This document shows, piece after piece, positions 56,903 through 64,000 of a stretch of 64,000 bases of DNA. Positions within the stretch are counted from its first letter, which is position 1, and every line of letters starts with the position of its first letter. Under the pieces are notes generated by a model. It saw only the letters and a program-made list of their open reading frames with translations, ran no database searches and was not told the origin of the DNA. The translations under genes were made by a program, and so were the position numbers. The stretch is from Spirochaetia bacterium (GTDB lineage: Bacteria > Spirochaetota > Spirochaetia > SZUA-6 > Bin103): positions 224,001-288,000 of the forward strand of contig CBDAOI010000004.1 of assembly GCA_965198005.1 (NCBI GenBank). Direction: 5' to 3'.

Positions 56903-57361
56903 TCAGGGTGCGGCAGATCGTAGTTGGAGCCGAGATCCACGCAGTGCCCGCTTCTCGTACCTCGCCATCACCTGCTCGAGGTGCTTGTCGTCGGGGTCGC
57001 GATGGTGCGCCAGCCACGCCGCCATCTCGTCGTTGATTTCACGCTCGAATTGGCGCCAGGCGGTCTCCCGCACTTCCGACACGATGTCCTGCTCGCGCAG
57101 AATGACGTAGTCCTCGTCGTCGTAGTGATCCTCCGCCAGCGGCTCCGTGATGATGATCACCGACTCCGCTCCGGCGCCTTCGTCATCGAGTTGCGCGGCG
57201 ATTTCCGTGTGCTTGGCGTCCCACTCCGCGTCAGTCCAGGAGTAGCCGCCGAACCGATCCAGGGGGTCTCCGGGAGCGGTCGCCGCGGACCGTTCGATGG
57301 GATACTCCTGCTCGACTCCCCGTCCCCAGACCCGGATCGAAATCAGTTCCCCATAGCTCAT
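56903..57361 (-). CDS. Acidic hypothetical protein
   Basis: GGAGGA RBS before ATG 57361; follows the nuclease gene. Confidence 0.6.
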   Translation of the reverse strand: MSYGELISIRVWGRGVEQEYPIERSAATAPGDPLDRFGGYSWTDAEWDAKHTEIAAQLDDEGAGAESVIIITEPLAEDHYDDEDYVILREQDIVSEVRETAWRQFEREINDEMAAWLAHHRDPDDKHLEQVMARYEKRALRGSRLQLRSAAP

Positions 57362-57389
57362 GGGCGTTCCTCCGGCATCGCGCGATCGG

Positions 57390-59087
57390 TCAAGCATCGA
57401 TGCGCCAGATGGTGGTGGCTTGGCGGGCCATCCATGCCTGGCGCGCGCGAATCTTGTCCGGGGTCCAGGTGTCGTAGTCTTCGGCGAGCTTGCGGGTGAT
57501 GGCGAACTCGCTGTTCCGGTAGATTGGCCGCTTTTCAGGGTAGCCGGCATTGCCGGCGTCGCGATTGCGGCTGGCGGTCAGCAGCGTGAGGTTGCCGAGG
57601 CGATAGGTGGCGGCTGCGCGCTGTTGATCGTCGAACTGTTGCCAGTCATCGCCCGGGTGCTCGGGCAGCACGTGCTCCAGGTCGTATCGGGCACTCTCGA
57701 AGTCGAAGCTGCGGCCGGAGGCACGCCGCTCGAACTGGAACAACACGAGGCGGGCCACCTTCCTGTTCCGGCTGCTGGTGGTGCGCAGCGTCTTGTCGGT
57801 AAACGCCGCCCGGAACTCGGCGTCTTCCGGATAGACCGGGCGCAGTTGCGCGATCGCCGCGCCCGGAGTCGTGACACGCTGCTCTGCTATCGCCACCGCT
57901 ATCTGGTTGTAGACCGACTCCTGCTCGTTGCTCTGCCGCCCGCAGATCACGTTGTACCGGAGCGAAACCACGGCTACCGCGCGCAGCAGACGCGCGAACC
58001 CGGTCCGGTCCGCTTCCGAGAACCGGTCGAACGCCGCCAGCAGCAGCGCCAGCGGCTGGCGCACGTTGAACATCTGCAACTGCGACAGGCCGGCGTGTTC
58101 CTCGGCGGTCCACGAGCCGTCGTCCGCATTGCGCAGCGCCGCGTACACCCGCGCCTGCCGGTCGAGGTCGCGAACCAGCGCGAACGCGCCGGAGCGGTCG
58201 TCGATGACGCCGCGAATGGTCTTGAACAGATCGGCCTTGCGCACCAGGCGATGGCGGCTGTTCCAGTACACGCGCAGGAACTCGGGCAGGCTCTCGCTGC
58301 CGAGCAATCCGACGATTCCTTCCCAGCGGCGTTCCAATGCCTCGATTTCCGACTCGTGAGCACCACCGCGGGCGACCACCGAGAACAGGTAGTTCTTGAG
58401 CAGGTCGGTGGCCGAGAGGCGTACGCCGCGGGCGTTCAGCGTTTCGAAGACCTTGAACGCGTTCAGCTCGTCGGTGACCGTGATCACGGTGAAGAACAGC
58501 TTGTCGACCGCTCCATCGACGAAGCTGGCGACCGCGGTTCCATCGTCGGCCGCCCGCTCCTTGATGCGCTCCTTGAACCAGGAGAACGCGTGCCGCAGGA
58601 GCTGCTCGGAGGCGTTCAGTCCCCGCCGCGGCAGCCGCTCCAGCGGCACCAGGTAGTCCTGGTAGAAGCTGTCGTTGTGGCGATTGAGCGTGAGCTTCGA
58701 CCGCGGCACCAGGCTGACCGGGTCCAGGTAGCCGACGTAGCTGGCGCGCAACTGCTCCGCGCGCCGCGTCTGCGGGTCGCGCGGATCATCCGGCGCCGCC
58801 AGATCCGACAGATGGGACACCGCCGCGAGCATCAGCAGGCTGAGCGTGGTCATGCGCTGCTGGCCGTCGATGATGTCGAATGCCCGGTTGTCGGCGGACT
58901 GCAACACCAGGTAGCCCATGTAGTGCGCGGGTTCCGGGTCGGCGTCGAACAGGGCGACGAGGTCCCGCCACAGGTCGTCCCACTCGTCGGGGCCCCAGGA
59001 GTAGTCGCGCTGGAACAGCGGCACCCGGTAACTGAGCCCGTTGCCCATCAGTTGGCGGAACGTGTTGTTGGTGGTGTTGAAGTTCAT
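57390..59087 (-). CDS. DUF262-DUF1524 GmrSD-like (type IV restriction) nuclease
   Basis: FQRDYSW, IIDGQQRMTT, FETLNARG, LEHVLP and LGNLTLL..RN motifs. Confidence 0.9.
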   Translation of the reverse strand: MNFNTTNNTFRQLMGNGLSYRVPLFQRDYSWGPDEWDDLWRDLVALFDADPEPAHYMGYLVLQSADNRAFDIIDGQQRMTTLSLLMLAAVSHLSDLAAPDDPRDPQTRRAEQLRASYVGYLDPVSLVPRSKLTLNRHNDSFYQDYLVPLERLPRRGLNASEQLLRHAFSWFKERIKERAADDGTAVASFVDGAVDKLFFTVITVTDELNAFKVFETLNARGVRLSATDLLKNYLFSVVARGGAHESEIEALERRWEGIVGLLGSESLPEFLRVYWNSRHRLVRKADLFKTIRGVIDDRSGAFALVRDLDRQARVYAALRNADDGSWTAEEHAGLSQLQMFNVRQPLALLLAAFDRFSEADRTGFARLLRAVAVVSLRYNVICGRQSNEQESVYNQIAVAIAEQRVTTPGAAIAQLRPVYPEDAEFRAAFTDKTLRTTSSRNRKVARLVLFQFERRASGRSFDFESARYDLEHVLPEHPGDDWQQFDDQQRAAATYRLGNLTLLTASRNRDAGNAGYPEKRPIYRNSEFAITRKLAEDYDTWTPDKIRARQAWMARQATTIWRIDA

Positions 59088-59260
59088 CCCCGGAACACCC
59101 GATGCGTCACCCGCCATGGTATCACACAACGGAATCGGGCAGGCGGCGTGGCGTGACTCGAACCGGTGCAAGCGGATGCGGAGATCGTGCGCGCCGCGAG
59201 TGCCATCACGCTCATCGGCCCCGCCATTGTGCATTGATTGTGCATTGTTTGGCGCCGTTC

Positions 59261-59346
59261 GGTACGCTGGCGCCATGCCGGGTCCGGAACCGTGCGGCTG
59301 CACCACACCGACGCCGCGGGGGTGCTGTTCTACGCGCGGCTGCTGG
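59261..59346 (+). pseudogene. Remnant of the thioesterase 5' end
   Basis: 59289-59320 is identical to 56415-56446; similarity extends on both sides. Confidence 0.85.
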
Positions 59347-59419
59347 CGCGCTTGGCGCGCATGGCCGACGGCGCCGGCTGCGCGTAAGTTGCCATGACGC
59401 GAATGAGACGAGACCCAAC

Positions 59420-60259
59420 GTGCTGACCGAGCTGTCCTTGAGCGGCTTTCTGGCGTTCGCCACGGCGTATCCGTTGTGCTTCTGGGCCAACGCCGGGAGC
59501 ACCATCGAGCGCGGGTTCTACCGCTTCAACCTGGGGGTGAGCTGCTTCATTCTGAGCCTGGGGCTGTTCGCGCTGCTGTTCGCGCCGGCGGTGCCGGCGG
59601 GCGGCCGCTGGCACGCCGGCGGCGCCACCGGTGCGGCGGGGCTGCCGGCTGCGGTGCTGCCGGTGCTCGCCGTGGCCTGGCTGCTTGCGCTGCTGGGGGT
59701 GACCTGGGCGCAGTGGGAACGGGCGCGGCCGCGGCTGGCGCTGGTGACGCTGCCGTCGCTGGTCGGGGTGGTGGTGACCGCGGCCGTGGCCGTGGCGCGG
59801 GCGCCGCCGCCGGCGGCGCCCGTCTGGGCGGCGGCGCTCACCCTGCTCGGCGGCGTGACGCTCGCCCTGGCGCTGTACGCCATGGTGCTGGGGCACTGGT
59901 ACTTGAACGTCACCAAGCTGCCGATCGCGATTCTGGCGCGCGCGGTCGCGGTGTACGCCGGGTTCCTGGCCGTGCGTCTGGTCTGGGACGGGCTCGCCCT
60001 GGCCACGCACAGCGTGCCGTACCAGGGCTTCCCGCTGCCACTGTACGCTTTCGTCGGCACGCTGGACGGCTTCCTGGTAGCGGTGGCGGTGTTCTTCGGC
60101 ACGCTGTTTCCGCTGGCCGCCACCTGGCTGGTGCAGCGCACCCTGCAGGCCAAGTCCACCCAGGCCGCGACCGGCATCCTCTACGTGGTGGTGATCGCGG
60201 CGATCATCGGCGACTTCTCGTACCGGTTCTTCCTGCTGCGCTACGGGGTGGTGCTGTGA
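59420..60259 (+). CDS. Multi-pass membrane protein
   Basis: About 8 TM helices; AMVLGHWYL and STQAATGILY motifs. Confidence 0.85.
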   Translation: MLTELSLSGFLAFATAYPLCFWANAGSTIERGFYRFNLGVSCFILSLGLFALLFAPAVPAGGRWHAGGATGAAGLPAAVLPVLAVAWLLALLGVTWAQWERARPRLALVTLPSLVGVVVTAAVAVARAPPPAAPVWAAALTLLGGVTLALALYAMVLGHWYLNVTKLPIAILARAVAVYAGFLAVRLVWDGLALATHSVPYQGFPLPLYAFVGTLDGFLVAVAVFFGTLFPLAATWLVQRTLQAKSTQAATGILYVVVIAAIIGDFSYRFFLLRYGVVL

Positions 60260-60747
60260 AGCCGGCCGCGCCGGCCGGCACCGTGGTCGAGTTGCGCGCG
60301 CACTGCGACCGGTGCGAGGCGCCGCTGGTGCGCGCCGGCCGGCCGGATCTCCTCGCGTGCGACTCCTGCGGTCGCCGCTACGCCATCGACGAGGCGGCGC
60401 AGCGCCTGGAGCAGTGCCCGATTTGCGACTGCCGCCGCTTCTTCCGCCAGAAGGCGTTTCCGCGCGCGCTCGGCATCGGGCTGGTGGCTGCCGGCGCCGT
60501 GCTGGTGCCGTTCACCTACGGCGTCAGCCTGATGGTGCTGGCGCTGGTCGACCTGATCATCTACCGGCGGGTACCGGTGATGGCGGTGTGCTACCTGTGC
60601 CGGGCGGAGTTCCGCGGCGTGCCGGTGCCGGCCCGCATCCTGGCGTTCCGCCACCACATGGCCGAGGGCTACGAGAAACGGCGCGAGCGGCGACGGCAGC
60701 CGGGCGGATCGGACGGACAGGGCGGATCGGGCGGACAATCGGGTTGA
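60256..60747 (+). CDS. Membrane protein with four CxxC pairs
   Basis: CDRC, CDSC, CPIC, CYLC; two TM helices; GTGA overlap. Confidence 0.8.
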   Translation: MKPAAPAGTVVELRAHCDRCEAPLVRAGRPDLLACDSCGRRYAIDEAAQRLEQCPICDCRRFFRQKAFPRALGIGLVAAGAVLVPFTYGVSLMVLALVDLIIYRRVPVMAVCYLCRAEFRGVPVPARILAFRHHMAEGYEKRRERRRQPGGSDGQGGSGGQSG

Positions 60748-60882
60748 CAGTGCCCGCGCCGATGGCTTAGGTTCTTGCACGGTTGCGGGATGCAACGCTG
60801 GCGCAGCCCCGGTGCCGATTTCAGACGATTTCAGACGATTTCAGAAATGCTTGATTCAAGCCGTTTCCCCGAGGAGGCCTGC

Positions 60883-61734
60883 ATGCGCACCAGCCATATG
60901 CGCTTCGTTCCCATACTCTCGTGGTTCACTCCACGCGTCCGCCTCGCCCTCGCGGGCGCCGGGCTGGCGGTGGCGCTGGCCGCCTGCGGCGGCGACGGTG
61001 ACGACGGCACGGCGGAGGCGGCCGCCGGCAGCGACCAGGGCGGCGCCCAGGAGCAGGCGGCCGCGGCGGTCGAGGACACCAACGACGCCTCGATCAGCGG
61101 CACCGTGACCTTCAGCGGGGACGCGCCGGAGATGACGGTGCTGGACATGGCGGCCGATCCGGTGTGCGACGAGAAGAGCCAGGCAGACCCGAAGCGCCGC
61201 CAGGCGTTGGTGCTCGGCGACGATCAGCGGATCGCCAACGTGCTGGTGCAGATCAAGGGCAACGTTCCTGCCATGGAGCACGCGGTGCCCGACGCGGTCG
61301 TGGAGTTCGATCAGAACGGCTGCCAGTACAGCCCGCACGTGTTCGCGCTGCAGGTCGGCCAGACCCTCAAGATCCTCAATCCCGACGGCACCCTGCACAA
61401 CGTGCACGTCTTCGCCAAGGTGAACGCGGAGTTCAACGAGGCGATGCCGCAGTTCCGGACCGAGTTGGAGAAGGTGTTCGACAAGGCGGAGCCGACCCCG
61501 TTCGCGTTGAAGTGCGACGTCCATCCGTGGATGAACGCCTGGGCGGCGGTGTTCGATCATCCCTACTTCGCGGTCACCGGGGCCGACGGCAGCTTCACCA
61601 TCGGCAACCTGCCCGCCGGCACCTACGAGGTGGAGATCTGGCACGAACGCCTGCCGGCGCAGACCCACACGGTTACCGTGGGAGTGGGTGAGAGCGCCAC
61701 CATCGACGCGGTCATGGAGGTGCCTTCGAGCTGA
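60883..61734 (+). CDS. Lipoprotein with cupredoxin-like and carboxypeptidase-regulatory-like domains
   Basis: Lipobox LAAC; HNVH and KCDVHPWM; GTYEVEIWHE. Confidence 0.8.
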   Translation: MRTSHMRFVPILSWFTPRVRLALAGAGLAVALAACGGDGDDGTAEAAAGSDQGGAQEQAAAAVEDTNDASISGTVTFSGDAPEMTVLDMAADPVCDEKSQADPKRRQALVLGDDQRIANVLVQIKGNVPAMEHAVPDAVVEFDQNGCQYSPHVFALQVGQTLKILNPDGTLHNVHVFAKVNAEFNEAMPQFRTELEKVFDKAEPTPFALKCDVHPWMNAWAAVFDHPYFAVTGADGSFTIGNLPAGTYEVEIWHERLPAQTHTVTVGVGESATIDAVMEVPSS

Positions 61735-61790
61735 GCCGCGACCGGACGGACGCGGCCGCGCACGCGGGACGAGCAGCAGGCACAGGCGGA

Positions 61791-63602
61791 ATGAGCACGG
61801 CAGACGGCCAGCACCACGGACACGACGGCGGCGCGCACGGCGACGGCGGCCACGGCCATGGAGGCGGCGGCCACGGCGACGGCCACGGGCCGCCGGAAAG
61901 CTTCATCCGCAAGTACGTCTTCTCCACCGACCACAAGGTGATCGGGATCCAGTACGGCATCACCGCGCTGGTGTTCCTGCTGCTCGGCTTCACCTTCATC
62001 CTGCTGATGCGCTGGCAACTGGCCTACCCCGAGCAGGCGCTGCCGGTGATCGGCCGGTTGTTCGGCGCCACGCGCATGCCCGAAGGGGTGATGCTGCCGG
62101 AGTTCTACAACCAGCTCGGCGCCATGCACGGCACCATCATGGTGTTCCTGGGCGTGGTGCCGCTGGCGGTGGGCGCCTTCGGCAACTACCTGGTGCCGCT
62201 GCAGGTGGGGGCGCCGGACATGGCGTTCCCGAAGCTCAACGCCGCCAGCTACTGGCTCTTCTTCGCCGGCGGCGTGGTGATGCTGATCAGCTTCTTCGTG
62301 CCCGGCGGCGCCGCCAAGTCAGGCTGGACCTCCTACCCGCCGCTGGCGGTCATCGAGACCGCGGGCCAGACCTGGTGGCTGCTGGGGATGGTGTTCCTGA
62401 TCAACTCCTCGCTGCTCGGCTCGATCAACATCATCACCACCATCGTGCAGCTCCGCGCCCCCGGCCTGCAGCTCATGCGCATGCCGTTCCTGGTGTGGGC
62501 CCAGCTCGTCACCAGCTTCCTCCTGGTGCTGGCGTTTCCGCCGCTGGAGGTGGCCGGCTTCATGCAGCTCCTCGACCGCGTCGTCGGCACCAGCTTCTTC
62601 ATGCCCTCCGGGCTGGTGGTGAGCGGCGTAGCCTATCCCGGCAGCGGCGGCGGCAGCGCCTTGCTGTGGCAGCATCTGTTCTGGTTCCTGGCCCATCCCG
62701 AGGTGTACGTGCTGATCCTGCCGGCCATGGGCATCGTCTGCGAGATCCTGGCCAACAACTCGCGCAAGCCGCTGTACGGCTACCGCGCCCTGGTCTATTC
62801 GTTGGTGTTCCTGGGCTTCATGTCGTTCATCGTCTGGGCCCATCACATGTTCCTGACCGGCATGGGCACCGCCATCAGCACCTTCTTCCAGCTCACCACG
62901 ATGATCATCTCGGTGCCGTCGATCGTGATCCTCACCGTCATGATCATCTCGCTCTGGGGCGGGTCGATCCGGTTCACCACGCCGATGCTGTTCGCGCTGG
63001 CGTTCATTCCGATGTTCGGGATCGGTGGCCTGACCGGCCTGCCGCTGGGACTGGCGGTGGCCGACATCCATCTGCACGACACCTACTACGTGATCGGCCA
63101 CTTCCACTTCGTGGTCGCGCCCGGGACGCTGATGGCGCTGTTCGCGGGCATCTACCATTGGTATCCCAAGGTCACCGGGCGGCGCATGAGCGATACCCTG
63201 GGCCGCTGGCACTTCTGGCCGACCCTGGTGTTCATGTTCGGAACCTTCATGCCGATGTTCTGGCTCGGCATGGCGGGCGTCTCGCGCCGCCTGTACGACG
63301 GCGGCGCCACCTACGCGCACGCGCAGGACGTGCTGTGGATCAACCAGCTCATCACCTTCTCGGCGTGGGGGCTGGCGCTGGCCCAAGTGTTCTTCATCAT
63401 CAACTTCTTCGTGAGCCTCAAGCGCGGGGAAAAGGTGGACGACAACCCGTGGCAGGGCACCACCCTGGAGTGGGCCACCACCTCGCCGCCGCTCGGGCAC
63501 GGCAACTTCCCGCAGCCGGTGCAGGTGTTCCGCGGACCGTACGAGTACAGCGTGCCGGATGCCGCGCGCGACTACTCGCCGCAACACCTGGAACGGGTCT
63601 GA
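61791..63602 (+). CDS. ctaD: Heme-copper cytochrome c oxidase subunit I (A-type)
   Basis: STDHKVIG, HGTIM, HPEVY, WAHH and HFH motifs. Confidence 0.96.
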   Translation: MSTADGQHHGHDGGAHGDGGHGHGGGGHGDGHGPPESFIRKYVFSTDHKVIGIQYGITALVFLLLGFTFILLMRWQLAYPEQALPVIGRLFGATRMPEGVMLPEFYNQLGAMHGTIMVFLGVVPLAVGAFGNYLVPLQVGAPDMAFPKLNAASYWLFFAGGVVMLISFFVPGGAAKSGWTSYPPLAVIETAGQTWWLLGMVFLINSSLLGSINIITTIVQLRAPGLQLMRMPFLVWAQLVTSFLLVLAFPPLEVAGFMQLLDRVVGTSFFMPSGLVVSGVAYPGSGGGSALLWQHLFWFLAHPEVYVLILPAMGIVCEILANNSRKPLYGYRALVYSLVFLGFMSFIVWAHHMFLTGMGTAISTFFQLTTMIISVPSIVILTVMIISLWGGSIRFTTPMLFALAFIPMFGIGGLTGLPLGLAVADIHLHDTYYVIGHFHFVVAPGTLMALFAGIYHWYPKVTGRRMSDTLGRWHFWPTLVFMFGTFMPMFWLGMAGVSRRLYDGGATYAHAQDVLWINQLITFSAWGLALAQVFFIINFFVSLKRGEKVDDNPWQGTTLEWATTSPPLGHGNFPQPVQVFRGPYEYSVPDAARDYSPQHLERV

Positions 63603-63625
63603 GCGACGAGCGCGGACTGACGGAC

Positions 63626-64000
63626 ATGGTGGAGATTCCCTACGATCAAGAGAACCATCCGGTTACCGGGGTCTACAACGGCAAGCTCGGCATCTGGCTG
63701 TTCCTGGCCTCCGAGGTGCTGTTCTTCGGCGCCTTCTTCTCCTCCTACATCCTGCTGCGCATCGGCGCCGGCGGCATCGCGGGGAGCTGGCCGTACGGGG
63801 CCGACTTTCTCAACGTCACCCTGGCCACCATCAACACCGCCATCCTGATCGGCTCGTCGCTGACCATGGTGATGGCCTGGGCGTCGCTGAAGCTGGAGCG
63901 GTTCGTCGCGTTCCAGGTCTACTTCGGCCTGACCATTCTGCTGGCGCTGGCGTTCCTGGTGATCAAGGGGTTCGAGTACGGCGAAGAGTTCGCCCACGGC
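63626..64000 (+). CDS. ctaE: Cytochrome c oxidase subunit III (partial, runs off the window)
   Basis: KLGIWLFLASEVLFFG and NTAILIGSS motifs; GGA RBS. Confidence 0.9.
   Translation, partial: MVEIPYDQENHPVTGVYNGKLGIWLFLASEVLFFGAFFSSYILLRIGAGGIAGSWPYGADFLNVTLATINTAILIGSSLTMVMAWASLKLERFVAFQVYFGLTILLALAFLVIKGFEYGEEFAHG

Noticed and set aside
60817-60845. Three tandem GATTTCAGAC units
   Set aside because: Short intergenic microrepeat with no supporting evidence of function

Overview
High-GC bacterial chromosome segment. A respiratory and housekeeping backbone (sdhCAB, Mrp/ApbC, ferredoxins and reductase, Rieske/split cytochrome b/octaheme cytochrome c, csoR-copA, ppc, start of a heme-copper oxidase operon) is interrupted by small AT-richer inserts of defence-like genes: an ART-like/DUF6575-like pair, an orphan N4-C methyltransferase, a three-gene module with two BrxD-like ATPases plus a truncated TIR gene, a GmrSD-like nuclease and toxin-antitoxin remnants. 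Positions 35151-55397 are a 20.2-kb composite element bounded by two direct IS3-family copies. It splits an istB gene with a 3-bp GGT duplication. It carries a peptide ABC transporter, two opposite-orientation copies of a group II intron inserted into a palindromic site of a repeated element, a RIT triple recombinase nested in one intron, an IS1634 fragment, an IS110 element with a readable bridge RNA, and a second intron fragment. Family names come from motif recognition only; no searches were run. Several single-base frameshifts may be sequencing errors.
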